DNA of 64,000 nt from contig NC_090340.1 of the NCBI RefSeq assembly GCF_035084215.1, positions 3,534,001-3,598,000 on the forward strand, written 5' to 3'. This DNA is from Heptranchias perlo (Eukaryota). A program made the position numbers and the translations under genes. Within the stretch, counting starts at the first letter, position 1, and the number at the start of each line of letters is the position of its first letter. Under the pieces are notes generated by a model. That model was not told the origin of the DNA, did not search any database, and was given only the letters and a program-made list of their open reading frames with translations. This document shows, piece after piece, positions 51,074-64,000 of this stretch.

Positions 51074-52705
51074 GGGGGGAAAATTCGATAGGGGTCGTTT
51101 TTCGACGCAGGTAGCGCGATGTAGTAGAACCCCATGCCGACTGGCCCCTGCACAAGCAGGACGCAAGTTTGGACACACCGGAGCACTGACCTGCAATCAG
51201 AGTTCCTTTCCAGGCCTTGCACGAGGAATCAATGGAATTCGCACTTCCCACCACCAGAGGGTGCTAAATCTCTTAACGGGAGGATGTTTCTTCGAAATCT
51301 CTTCAAGGTAGCTGGTACATTTTATTTGCTGAAAATATCAGTCCACTGCCTGCACGGAGCCTGAACGGAGATCAGACATCGCCCTCGTAAAACACAGATG
51401 CAGGTCCCATCCCTATGTTTACACACTGATGAGTTATGTTAAAACATTGAACAAAGATTGCGCACTGCTAAATCAAATAACCTCCAGATCTGCATGGCAG
51501 ACTTCACCAATCTGCCAATCTGAGTTGGTACCAGGTCTGCGAGAGTGCGTGCAGCAGGGTTCTCTGCTGATGCACTAGAGACGTTGGGTGCAAGGGGTGG
51601 ACAGAAGGAGGGACATCGTATATCTGCTGGGCGGGGGCGCGGGGGTGGTGGGTGGGGCGAAGAGGCCCTCCAAACATATACTCAAAAGGCAGTGGGAGGC
51701 AGCGGGGGACAAAGTCAATGCCAGGTGCACAGTATCATGAACCTGGATGCAGTGCAAGAAGAAGTTCAATGCTTTGACATGAGTGATCATGGAGAGTGAG
51801 GTCAACTGTCAAGTGGCGTCCCCTACCAACTGCACCACGCACTACACCCACATCCTCCACATACCAATAAATTGTTTCCATCAGTCCTGAACTCTTCCAA
51901 TCAGATGCTTCCTCTCACCCTTAAACATTACCACTGTTTCAAGCCACCCACCTACAACTCACGTGCCACACACAGACAGCTATTCAACCTTGACAGGTGC
52001 ATCATCCAGACACGCTTCCCGCTTTCTTGCAGGAGAAAGTGGCGCATATGAAGAGGCAGCGAGTAGCCGTGGCATTTATTCCCTCGAGCCTGTTCCACCA
52101 TTCAATGAGATCATGGTGGACCTGTGACCTAACTCCGCCTTTGCACCATATCCCTTAATACCCTTTGGTTCACAGAAATCTATCAATCTTAGACTTAACA
52201 TTCACAATTGAGCTAGCATCAACTGCCATACGCAGAAGAGCATTCTAACCGTCTCCCATCCTTTGCATGTAGAAGCATTTCCTAACTTTGCTCCTGCACA
52301 TCCTGGCTCTAAATGTTAGGATATGCCCCTGCATCCCAGTATTGAAGCCGAGGAGACCTCCAAATACAGTTAGAAATATCTCCACAGCCAGAAGCAATAC
52401 TCCAGCCACTAACCTGTAAATCGTGCATGGTCCCTTTTAATTGTGCCGATGGGCGTCCTCCGGGCTCTCTAAAACACGTTCAGATGGTCGGGGTTAAGAA
52501 TGTGCGTTGAGTTGAGCTTTGTCCTAAAATGGTGTCTATCACTTTAAATCAGCGTTGCGCACTCATTGAAGCCATTTTCTCCCTACGTTACATGATTCTG
52601 GCGTTCTTTATCGAAACGTGCGTGTGCATCCAAGACACCATTTGGATGTCGGAGAGGCCGAGTAGCGCTGAAACAACGGGCACTACGTGTCCCAATTTAG
52701 CGTCC
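51074..52705 (+). mobile_element. Non-autonomous PIF/Harbinger-like DNA transposon with Myb/SANT ORF relic
   Basis: RAAGFSADALETL/VQGVDRRRD...KRQWEAAGDKVNAR...WMQCKKKFNAL, intron ending ttcttgcag|EKVAH; imperfect termini ggggaaaattcg / cccaatttagcgtcc. Confidence 0.7.
52072..52335 (-). mobile_element. CR1 3' end nested in the Harbinger relic
   Basis: cctcgagcctgttccaccattcaatgagatcatgg tail; resembles 31320-31580. Confidence 0.8.
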
Positions 52706-55199
52706 TGATTCTTTTCTTGGGGCTGTTGGAAAAAAATAAATCAGTGTTTTCTTGGTGATGAGCGGGTGATGTGAGAGGGGAGTATAAGATTGAATAATCA
52801 AAATGCCGTTTGGATCCAGTGGGGGTCAACTAGGCTGAATGGAATGTTCTTGCTTCGAAATTTCGCAAATGAATTATTATCCTAGGGATAATTGGGCGAA
52901 TATTAATACAATAGTGGACTACAATCATGAATGCGCTTTTAATCTGAAGACTTCAGACGTCCGAATGTGAAGCTAATGCACGTGTTCAGAATAGTGAATC
53001 AAACGGTTGACAAATGTGTGTAAAATATGCTCCAAATGTCCAGCATGAACATAACCGTGATCTACATGTTGGGAACTGGACAGAGTTTTCCTATTATCCT
53101 TATCACTGAGATCCCTCGGAGGAGGGCAATGAATTTGAAGTCGTGAAAGAGCATAAGAAATAGGACCAGGAGTAGGCCATACGGTTCCTCGGGCCTGCTC
53201 CGCCATTCAATCAGATCATGGCTATTCATCGACCTCAACTCCACTTTCCTGCCCAATCCCCATATCCCTTCATTCCCCTAGAGTCCAAAATTTATCTATC
53301 TCAGCCGTAAATATATTCAACGACTTAGCATCCACATCCCTCTGAGGCAGAGAATTCCAAAGATTCACAACCCTCTGAGTGAAGAAATTCCTCCTCATCT
53401 CAGTCTTGAATGGCCGAACCCTTATCCTGTGACTATGCCCTGTAGTTCTAGACTCTCCAGCCAAGGGAAACAACCTTTCAGTATTTACCCTGTCAAGACC
53501 CCTCAGAATCGTATATGTTTCAATGAGATCATATCTCAGTCTTCTAAACCAAAGAGAGTATAGGCCCATTCTACTCATCCAATCCTCAAACGACAACACT
53601 CTCATCCCAGGAATTAATCTAGTGAACCTTTGTTGCACCGTCGCTAAGGCAAATATATCCTTCCTTAGATAAAGAGAGCAAAACTGTAAGCAGTACTCCA
53701 GGTGAGGTCTCAGCAAAGCCCTGTACAATTGTAGCAAGACTTCCTTACTCTTCTCTTCCAACCTCCTTGCAATAAAGGCCAACATACCATTTGCCTTTCT
53801 AATTGCATACTACCTTTTGGTGTTTCTTGTACAAGGATACCCACGTCTCCCTGAACGTCGGCATTTAATAGTTTCTCACCACTTAAAAAATAATCTGCTT
53901 TTCTATTCTTCCTACCAAAGTGAATAATCTCACAATTCCCCACATTATGCTTCACCTGCCGCGTTCTTGCCCACTCACTTAACCCGTCTCTATCTCTTTG
54001 CAAACATTTTGTGCCCTCCTCACACCTTACTTTCCCACCTAGCTTTGTATCGCCAGCAAACCTGGATAATATACACTCGGTCCCTTCATTCAAGTCATTA
54101 ATATAGATTGTAAAAAGCTGAGGCCCAAACACCGATCTTTGCAGTCCCCCAATAGATACAGCCTGCCAACCTGAAAATGAGCTATTTATCCCTACTCTCT
54201 GTTTTCTGTCCGTTAACCAATCCTCTATCCATTCAAATATGTTGCCCACAATCCCATGAGCCGTTAAGGTGCGTGACATACTTTTATGTGGCACCTTATC
54301 GAATGCCTTTTCGAAAAATCCAAAAACACGACATCCGCGGGTTCCCCTTGACCTACGCTGTTAGTTACATCCTCAAAAATCTCTAATAAATTTTTGAAAC
54401 ACGATTTCCCTTTCATAACACTATGTTGACCTTGTCCAACCATATTATGATGTCCTAAGTGCCCTATTACCACTTCCGTAATAATGGATTCCAGCACTTT
54501 TCCGTCGACGAGTGCCAGGTTAACTGGTCTGTAGTGCCCTGTTTTCTCTATCCCTCCTTTCTTGAATAGCGAGGTTACATTGGCTACCTTCCAATCCCCT
54601 GGGACCGTTTTAGAATATAGTGAAATTTGGAAGATCATAACCAATGCGTCCACAATCTCTGCATCCACCTCTTTTAGAATCCACGGATGAAGGCCATCAG
54701 GTCCAGGGGATTTATCGGCTTTAAGTCCCATTCGTTTCTCAATTTCTTTTTTTCTACTGATAATAATTACTTTTCGTTCCTCACTCTCATTAGCCCCTTG
54801 GTTCCCATTATTTATGGAATGCTTTTTCTGCCTTCTACCGTGAAGACAGACACAAATTATTTTTAATACGTCTGCCATTTCCTGATGCCCCATTATAATT
54901 TCTCCTTTCTCAAATTCTAGGTGACTTTTGCTACTCTCTTCCTTTTTATATACTTTTAGAAGCTTTTATAATCCATTTTTATATTTCTTGCTAGTTTACT
55001 TTCATATTCTATTTTCTCTGTTCTAATCAATTTTTGGTCGCCTTTCCTGGTTTCTAAAATTCTCCCAATCATCAGACTTACTAGTCTTCTTGGCAATCTT
55101 ATAGGCCTGTTCTTTTAATCTAATACCATCCTTCTATTCTTTATTTAGCCACGGGTGAATCACTTTTCCCCAGGAGTTTTTATTTCTCAATGGAATGTA

Positions 55200-57992
55200 A
55201 GGGCAAGGCTGGTAGAAGTAGGGAACCTTGGATGACTCGGGAGATTGAGGCCCTAGTCAAAAGGAAGAAGGAGGCATATGACATGCATAGGCAGCTGGGA
55301 TCAAGTGGATCCCTTGAAGAGTATAGAGATTGCTGGAGTAGAGTTAAGAGAGAAATCAGGAGGCCAAAAAGGGGACATGAGATTGCTTTGGCAGATAAGG
55401 CAAAGGAGAATCCAAAGAGCTTCTACAAGTACATAAAGGGCAAAAGAGTAACTAGGGAGAGAGTAGCGCCTCTTACGGATCAACAAGGTCATCTATTTGC
55501 GGAACCACAAGAGATGGGTGAGATCCTGAATGAATATTTCACATCAGTATTTACGGCTGAGAAAGGCATGGATGTTAGGGAACTTGGGGAAATAAATAGT
55601 GATGTCTTGAGGAGTGTACATATTACAGAGAGGGAGGTGCTGGAAGTCTTAACGCGCATCAAGATAGATAAATCTCCGGGACCTGAGGAAATGTATCCCA
55701 GGACGTTATGGGAGGTCAGGGAGGAAATTGCGGGTCCCCTAGCAGAGATATTTGAATCATGGACAGCTACAGGTGAGGTGCCTGAAGATTGGAGGGTAGC
55801 AAATGTTGTGCCTTTGTTTAAGAAGGGCGGCAGGGAAAAGCCTGGGAACTACAGACCGGGGAGCCTGACATCTGCAGTGGGTAAGTTGTAAGAGGGTATT
55901 CTGAGGGACAGGATCTAAAGGCATTTGGAGAGGCATGCACTAATTAGGAACAGTCAGCATGGTTTTGTGAGAGGAAAATCATGTCTCACAAATTTGATTG
56001 AGTCTTTTAAAGGGGTAACAAAGAAGATAGGTGAGGGCTGTGCAGTAGACGTGGTCTACATGGATTTCAGCAAAGCCTTTGACAAGGTACTGCATGGTAG
56101 GTTGTTACATAAGGTTAAATCTCATGGGATTCAAGGTGAGGTAGCCAATTGGATACAAAATTGGCTTGACGACAGAAGACATAGGGTGGTTGTAGAGGGT
56201 TGATTTTCAAACTGGATGCCTGTGTCCAGCTTTGTGCCTCAGGGATCGGTGCTGGGTCCGCTGTTATTTGTTATTTATATTAATGGTTTGGATGAGAATT
56301 TAGGAGGCATGGTTAGTAAGTTTGCAGATGAAACCAAGATTGGTGGCATTGTGGACAGTGAAGAAGGTTATCTAGGAATGCAACGGGATCTTGATAAATT
56401 GGGCCAGTGGGCCGATGAATGGCAGATGGAGTTTAATTTAGATAAATGTGAGGTGATGCATTTTGGTAGATCGAATCGGGCCAGGACCTACTCCATTAAT
56501 GGTAGGGCGTTGGGGAGAGTTATAGAACAAAGAGATCTAGGAGTACAGGTTCATAGCTCCTTGAAATTGGAGTCACAGGTGGATAGGGTGGTGAAGAAGG
56601 CATTCGGCATGCTTGGTTTCATTGGTCAGAACATTGAATACAGGAGTTGGGATGTCTTGTTGAAGTTGTACAGGGCATTGGTGAGGCCACACATGGAATA
56701 CTGTGTACAGTTGTGGTCACCCTATTATAGAAATGATATTATTAAACTAGAAAGAGTGCAGAAAAGATTTACTAGGATGAGTCATAGAGTCATAGAGTTA
56801 TGCAGCACGGATAGAGGCCCTTCGGCCCATCGTGTCCGCGCCGGCCATCAAGCCCTGTCTACTCTAATCCCATATTCCAGCATTTGGTCCGTAGCCTTGT
56901 ATGCTATGGCATTTCAAGTGCTCATCCAAATGCTTCTTGAATGTTGTGAGGGTTCCTGCCTCCACAACCCTTTCAGGCAGTGAGTTCCAGACTCCAAACA
57001 CCCTCTGGGTGAAAAAGTTCTTTCTCAAATCCCCTCTAAACCTCCCGCCTTTTACCTTGAATCTATGTCCCCTTGTTATAGAACCCTTAACTAAGGGAAA
57101 AAGCTCCTTAGTATCTATCCTATCTGTGACCCTCATAATTTTGTACACCTCAATCATGTCCCCCCTCAGCCTCCTCTGCTCCAAGGAAAACAAACCCAAT
57201 CTTCCCAGTCTCTCTTCATAGCTGAAGCGCTCCAGCCCTGGTACCATCCTGGTGAATCTCCTCTGCACCCTCTCCAAAGCGATCACATCCTTCCTGTAGT
57301 GTGTCGACCAGAACTGCACACAGTACTCCAGCTGTGGCCTAACCAGTGTTTTATACAGCTCCATCATAACCTCCTTGCCCTTATAGTCTATGCCTCGGCT
57401 AATAAAGGCAAGTATCCCATATGCCTTCTTTACCAACTTATCTACCTGTTCCGCCGCCTTCAGGGATCTGTGAACTTGCACACCAAGATCCCTCTGACCC
57501 TTTGTCTTGCCTAGGATGCTACCGGGACTTGATGGTTTGACTTGTAGGGAGAGGTTAGACAGACTGCGACTTTTTCCCCTGGAGAATAGGAGGTTAAGGG
57601 GTGATCTTATAGAAGTCTATAAAATAATGAGGGGCATAGATAATGTAGATAGTCAAAATCTTTTCCCAAAGGTAGGGGAGTCTATAACGAGGGGGCATAG
57701 ATTTAAGGTGAGAGGGGAGAGATACAAAAGGGTCCAGAGGGGCACTTTTTTCACTCAAAGGGTGGTGAGTGTCTGGAACGAGCTGCCAGATGCAGTAGTA
57801 GAGGCGGGTACAATTTTGTCTTTTAAAAAGCATTTGGACAGTTACATGGGTAAGATGGGTATAGAGGGATATGGGCCAAGTGCAGGAAATTGGAACTAAC
57901 TTAGTGGTATAAACTGGGCGACATGGACATGTTGGGCCGAAGGGCCTGTTTCCATGTTGTAACTTCTATGATTCTATGATTCTATGATTCTA
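55200..57992 (+). mobile_element. Young CR1 nested in the previous element
   Basis: Long ORFs 55190-56983 and 57507-57899; (ATGATTCT)3 tail. Confidence 0.95.
56780..57510 (-). mobile_element. Innermost CR1 flanked by the 8-bp duplication CTAGGATG
   Basis: Open 205-aa ORF 56864-57481; CTAGGATG at 56772-56779 and 57511-57518. Confidence 0.93.
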
Positions 57993-58919
57993 TATTTGTT
58001 GAGAATATTGAAATATTTCTTTAAATGCATGTCATTGCTTTTCAACCGTCATAACCTTTAATTTATTTTCCCAATCTTCCTAAGCCAACTCACCATTCAT
58101 ACCTATGGAATTGGCTTTATTTAAATTTAAGAATCTAGTTGCAGACTTAAGTGTGTCACTATCAAACCCAATGTGAAATCCTATCATATTATTATCACTC
58201 TTCCCCAGAGGATCCTTTACTTTGAGATTACTAATTAATCCTGTCTCATTACACAATACAAGATCTAAAATAGCCTGTTCCCTGGTTGATCCCATGATGT
58301 ATTGCTGTGGGAAACCGTCTCGAATACATTCCATTAACTCGTCCTCCAAACTACCTTTGTCAATTTGATTTGCCCAGTCCATATAAAGGTTAAAGTCCCC
58401 CATGATGACTGCTTTACCTCTGATAAAAGTTCCACCAATACTGATTCTACTTTCTGTTCTTCCGATCCAAGACCCTTTCTCACCATTTTCCTTCTATCAT
58501 CCTTTATTATTAGGGCTACACCACCTCCTTTTCCATTCTGCCTGTCTTTTCTAAACGTCATATACACTGGAATTTTTAGTTCCCAATCTTGGTCACGTTG
58601 CAACCATGTCTCTGTAATGGTTATTACATCAAACCCGTTTGTGCAACTAATTCATCTAGCTTGTTACGAATGTTCCATGCATGAAGATAAAGAGTCTTTA
58701 ATTTTGACTTTCTACCATTTTTCCTGCTTTGAACGTACTTGATTGGTAAACATTCTGTCACACTCTGCTTATCTTTACCCAAATCACTGCACTATTCTGT
58801 TGCCTTGAATTTTCTCATTAGATTTTTAAATTTCCCTTCGCCTGACTCCTCCCCTCCCCCGTTTTTAGTTTAAAGCACTATCTTCAGCCTTAGTTATTCA
58901 ATTCGGCAGGACGCTGGTC

Positions 58920-59420
58920 AGGGTGCAGCGCAGGATTACCAAAATGATACCGGGGCTAAAAGGGTTAAGTTATGTGGACAGGTTGCATAAACTAAGCTTG
59001 TCTTCCCTTGAATATAGAAGATTAAAGCATGTTCGAATTGAAGCGTTTAAGATGATTAAAGGATCTGATAGGGTAGATGGAGATAAACTATTTCCACTGG
59101 TGGGAGAGTCCAGAACAAGAGGCCATAACCGTAAAATTAGAGCTAGGCCGTTCAGTTTGATGTCAGAAATCACTTCTTCACGCAAAGACGAGTGGAAATC
59201 TGGAACTCTCTCCCCAAATAAGCTGTTGAGGCTCGGCCAGTTGAAAATTTCAAAGCGAGGTTGATAGAATTTGTCAGGGCAGGGTATTAAGGGATATCGA
59301 ACTAAGGCAGGTCGACGGAGTTAAGGTACAGATCAGCTATGATCGAATGGAATGGCGGAACAGACTCGAGAAGCTGAATGGCCTATTCCTGTTCCTATGT
59401 TCTTATGTTCATATGTTCCT
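58920..59420 (+). mobile_element. CR1 3' fragment
   Basis: QRRITKMIPGLKGLSYVDRLHKL; atgttc tail. Confidence 0.88.
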
Positions 59421-59489
59421 AAGCCCACTGGAATATAGAATGGGTTTTAAGTTTTGACTTCTTCTAGTCGAGTCAGAAGCCCAGTCAAA

Positions 59490-59598
59490 GGGGGCAATTT
59501 TAACTTTTGGCGATAAGAGTTATCGGGCAAGATGTAAAACGTGCGTTTGTTCCGATATCACCCGTTTCACACAATAATGAAAAGTTAAAATTACCCCC
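59490..59598. mobile_element. 109-bp MITE-like element
   Basis: Terminal inverted repeats gggggcaattttaactttt / aaaagttaaaattaccccc (18/19 match). Confidence 0.75.
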
Positions 59599-60585
59599 GA
59601 GGTGTTGATTATTCATTGCTTGAAGAAGGCCTTCTCGACATGTCTTAGCTTCTCTTTTCACCGATTAACTTGACGTATCATATCTTGCCTAATTCTGCAA
59701 GTTCCCCTCTCAGCTGGTCTTTTAAAGCTAACGGTCCCAAGCTTTTTTTCCCCCTAACTTCATCCTTTAACACAAAGAATGGGGCTTTCCCTGCGAGCCT
59801 GCAGAACATGAACTTCCCCGTAATATCTTGGTGATCAAAAACATAGTGCTCAAGGTGTGATCTAAATAAGGCATTAATATGTATTCTTTGGAATAATATG
59901 TCGCAGCTTGTACTCAACTGACGTTGCACATAATTAGGCATTCTGCTTGCTTTGATTATTGCTGATCCACAGGCATTTCACATGTTAACTGTCGGGTGTG
60001 CTGCTAAGCCCAGATATATTTCGACGCCTTTTCCTTTTGCTGTTTCCAGAACATGCAAAATAATCATCGACCAGCCATTCTCCTACCAAATGTGCAATAA
60101 ATTTCATGCCCTCGTGAAAGGCGTTTCATTCACGGGGCAAAGTGCGCACGCCCAATAAAGTGGGTTGAATTAAGTTAATAAAGTCCCTTTATGACAAAGC
60201 CTTTGAATATGTCTCTATTTGTCAGCGTATGATGCTGCAACAAATCAATGGGGACTTAGACAGATACCAGTGCCACTTACTATGAATTAAATATCTGGGA
60301 GCCAGCTGTGCCATGTGAAAGATGTAAGTCGGTTCGAAAACATTCAAAGAGAACTGAATGAATGAGGTAAATTTACTCATATGTATAACGCCGTGCATGA
60401 CGGAACAGACTAAAGCGGAGGGAAATGGCACCAAGTGGATAATTATTTCAGAGGGCCGGTACAGAAGTGTGAGGCCGAAGCCATCCTTCCGTGTTACAAA
60501 ATTAATGACTTGATCATTTTGACCAAGCTGCTGGGAACATGTTTACTCACGATGATTTACACGCGTACACACTTTTCATGCAATT

Positions 60586-61705
60586 AGAATCATAGAATGG
60601 TTACATCACAGAAGGAGGCCATTCGGCCCGTCGAGCTCGTATCGGCTCTTTGAAAGACCAATCCAGCTAGTCCCTCTCCCTTGACCTGTCCTCGTAGCCC
60701 TGCAAATGTTTTTCTTCGAGTAATTATCCAATTGCCTTTTGAAAGCCACTCTTTCAGGCAGCGCATTCTAGATCTTAACCACTCAGTACGTAAATACGTT
60801 TTTCCTCATGTCGCCTTTGGTTATTTTACCAATTACCTTAAATGGGTGTCCTCTGGTTCTTGACCCTTCTGCCAACGAGAACAATTTCTCTCTATCTACT
60901 CTGTCGAGACGTCTGATGATTTCGAACATCTCTACCAAATCTCCTCTCAAAATTCTCTGCTCTTAGGAGAACAACCTCAGCTTCTCCAGTCTATCCACGT
61001 CACTGAAGACTATCATACGTGGAACCAGTCCAGTAAATATTTTCTGCACCATCTCTAAGGCTTTCACATACTTAATAAATTGTGATGCCCAGAATTGGAC
61101 AGAGTACTCCAATTGTGGCCAATCCAGAATTTTTAAAATATACATCATAACATCCTTGCTTTTGTACTCTATGCCTCTATTTATAAAGCGAAGGATCCCA
61201 TATGCTTTTCAACCTCTTTCTCAACCTGCCCTGCCAAATTCAAAGATTTGTGCACATGTAGCCGAGGCCTCTCTGTTCAGGACCACCGTTTATTTTACAC
61301 TCTTCAGTTTATATTGCCTCTCTTCGTTCTTCCTACCAAAATGTATCATTTCACAATTCTCTGCATTAAATTTCATTTGCCACGAATCCGCCCATTCCAC
61401 CATCCTATCAATATCCTCTTGAAGTCTACTACTATCCTCCTCACTGTTAACTACACTTCCAAGTTTTGTGTCATCTGTAAATTTCGAAATTGTGCCCTGT
61501 ACACCCAAGTCCAATTCATTAATATACATCAAGGAAAGCAATGGTCCAAGTACAGACTAATGGGGAACGCCACTGTCGCTCCCCCAGTCCGATAAACCAC
61601 CTTTCACTACCATTCTCTGTTTCCTGGCACTTAGCCAATTTCGTATCGATGCAGCCACTGTCTCTTTTATTCAATAGGCTTCAACTTTGTTGACAAGCCT
61701 ATTAA
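60586..61705 (-). mobile_element. CR1 fragment
   Basis: YINELDLG...KFTDDTKLG...WQMKFN; tail at 60586. Confidence 0.9.
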
Positions 61706-61759
61706 ATAAAGCCAGATTTGCCGAGTAGATGATCCCTCTCGGCCTCCGCCCGATATCCC

Positions 61760-63380
61760 CACCATCACAGATGCCAGTCTTCAGCCAATTCGATTCACTC
61801 CATGTGATATCAAGAAACTGCTGAGTGTACTGGATACAGCAAAGGCAATGGGTCCCGACAACATCCCGGCTGTCGTCCTGAAGACTTGTGCTCCAGAACT
61901 CTCTGCGCCTCTTGGCAAACTGTTCCAGTACACATGCAACACTGGCATCTACCCGACAATGTGAAAAATTGCCCAGGTATGTCCTGTCTGAAAAAGCAGG
62001 ACATATAGAATCCGGCCAATTATTGCCCCATTAGTCTACTCTCAATCATCAGCAAAGTGATGGAAGTTGTCGTCAACTTTGTAATCAAGCGGCACTTACT
62101 CACCAATAACCTGCTCACCGATGCTCAGTTTGGGTTCCGCCAGGACCACTCGGCTCCAGACCTCATTACAGCCTTGGTCCAAACATGGACAAAAGAGCTG
62201 AATTCCAGAGTTGAGGTGAGAGTGACTGCGCTTGAAATGAAGGCAGCATTTGACCGAGTATGGAACCAAGGAGCCCTATTAATATTGAAGTCAATGGGAA
62301 TCAGGAGGAAAAATCTCCAGTGGCTGGAGTCATACTGAGCACAGAGGAAGATGGTAGTAGTTGTTGGAGGCCAATCAACTCAGCCCCAGGACATTGCTGC
62401 AGGAGTTCCTCAGGGCAGTGTCCTTGGCCCAACCATCTTCAGCTGCTTCATCAATGACCTTCCCTCCATCCTAAGGTCAGAAATGGGTAGGTTCACTGAT
62501 GATTGCATAGTGCTGAGCAACCTCTCAGATAATAAAGCAGTCCGTGCCCGCATGCAACAAGACGTGGACAACATCCAGGTTTGGGCTGATATGTGGCAAG
62601 TAACATTCGCGCCAGACAAGTGCCAGGCAATGACCATCTCCAACAAGAGATAGTCTAATCACCTCCCCTTGACATTCAACGGCATTACCATCGCCGAATC
62701 CCCCCCGCCATCAACATCCTGGTGGTCACCATTGATCAGAAACTTAACTGGAGCAGCCATATAATTACTGTGGCTACAAGTGCAGGACAGAGGCTGGGTA
62801 TTCTGCGGCGAGTGACTCATCCCCTGACTCCCTAAATCCTTTCCACCATCTACAAGGCACAAGTGAGGAGTGTGATGGAATGCTCTCCACTTCTCCGGAT
62901 GAGTGTAGCTCCAACAACACTCAAGAAGCTCGACACCATCCAGGACAAAGCAGCCCGCTTGATTGGCACCCCATCCACCACCCTAAACATTAACTTCCTT
63001 CACCGCTGATGCAGTGTATACTATTTACAGGATCCACTGCAGTAACTTGCCAAGGCTTCTTCGACAGCACCTCAAAAACCCAAGATCTCTACCACCTAGA
63101 AGGACAAGGACAGCAGGCACATGGGAACAGCACCACCTACACTTTCCCCTCCAAGTCACACACCATCCCGACTTTGAAATACATCGCCGCGGCTTCATCG
63201 TCGCTGTGTTAAAATCCTGGAGCTCCCTTGCTAACAGCACTGTGGGAGAACCTTCACCACACAGAGTGCAGCGTTTCAAGAAGTGGGCTCACCACCACCT
63301 TCTCGAGGGCTATTAGGGATGGTCAATAAATGCTTGCCTCGCCACAGATGCCCACATCCCATGCACGAATAAAATAAAAT
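61760..63380 (+). mobile_element. LINE of a different CR1/Jockey-group family (RT and 3' end)
   Basis: KAMGPDNIP, QFGFRQDHS, KAAFDRVW, GVPQGSVLGP, FTDD; distinct tail ending gatgcccacatcccatgcacgaataaaataaaa. Confidence 0.88.
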
Positions 63381-64000
63381 CCTCTACTGCCCCATGTGAT
63401 CTCCTGACACCATTCATGGCTCATCCGTTTCTGGCGGAGCCCACAGCTGCTTTTTGGTCTGCCTTAGGTGTCTTGTACTGTGGCCCTTCACAACTGCCCC
63501 TCCCCTTCTGCCGGTCAAAGATTCCCCAAGTCGATTCCCTGGGGAGCAATCTCTCCAGCCTCTTCCTTTCAGTTTTCCGCTGTCCAATTTGACGACACAA
63601 AGGCGGATCTTTAGCGAACATACAACCCTCCGAAATGTCCACTTCATTGTGAACAAGGCTGACCCCGTCCATGAGCTCACTTTGAGTTAAGCTATTTACA
63701 CTGAGCACCTGTTTACAATCTGGATAACTGTAAGTGAATTCATTCCGTTCATCAAAGCCACCTCATCTGACTATAGTTTCTACAATGCTCCCGCGCAAAG
63801 CAGAATGAAAGGAGCACAGGTCTCATCATAACGTGCTATCTTTGTCTTTCCTTCATTCTTTCAGCATTTTTTTCTCTCATTCTCGTAACGTTCTATTTTG
63901 ACACCTATTTTTAAACATCCTCATTGTCTATCGTCGTTCGATGCTCCGTGGAGATATTTCCCCGGTTAACTTGCTTTTCTCTGCTTTTGCGTTTACACTG

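Larger units (their letters stand above)
53152..58915 (-). mobile_element. CR1 ORF2 (endonuclease + RT), split into about 53152-55199 and 57991-58915
   Basis: Junction tttctcaatggaatgta|tatttgttgagaat is continuous; endonuclease motifs at 58080-58603, RT at 53270-54893. Confidence 0.88.

Noticed and set aside
63414-63710. Minus-strand ORF after an AG, as a tail exon of a third paralog
   Set aside because: No ITIM-like motif or convincing similarity to the tails of A or B; any upstream exons would lie outside the window.

Overview
Vertebrate genomic DNA, most likely from a cartilaginous fish (inferred from the repeat spectrum: dense CR1 LINEs, Deu-domain tRNA SINEs, L2, Penelope-like and Harbinger relics). 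Two paralogous immunoglobulin-superfamily receptor genes lie on the minus strand among the repeats. Both have the layout leader / germline-joined VJ-type V domain / C1-set domain / transmembrane (TM) / cytoplasmic exons. Gene A (9150->2657, 6 exons, 286 aa) has an open reading frame, but a TAG stop falls where the ITIM tyrosine of its paralog lies, so its tail has no tyrosine motif. Gene B (45489->29417, 7 exons) has a SIRPalpha-like tail with four tyrosine motifs (APYAAV, TVYAQ, LTYASL, TEYAQL). It is disabled by an in-frame TAG in V, a GT>TT splice donor and a frameshifted tail exon. Most of the remaining sequence is transposon-derived, including two triple-nested CR1 stacks. Exon coordinates were read base by base; repeat boundaries are approximate.
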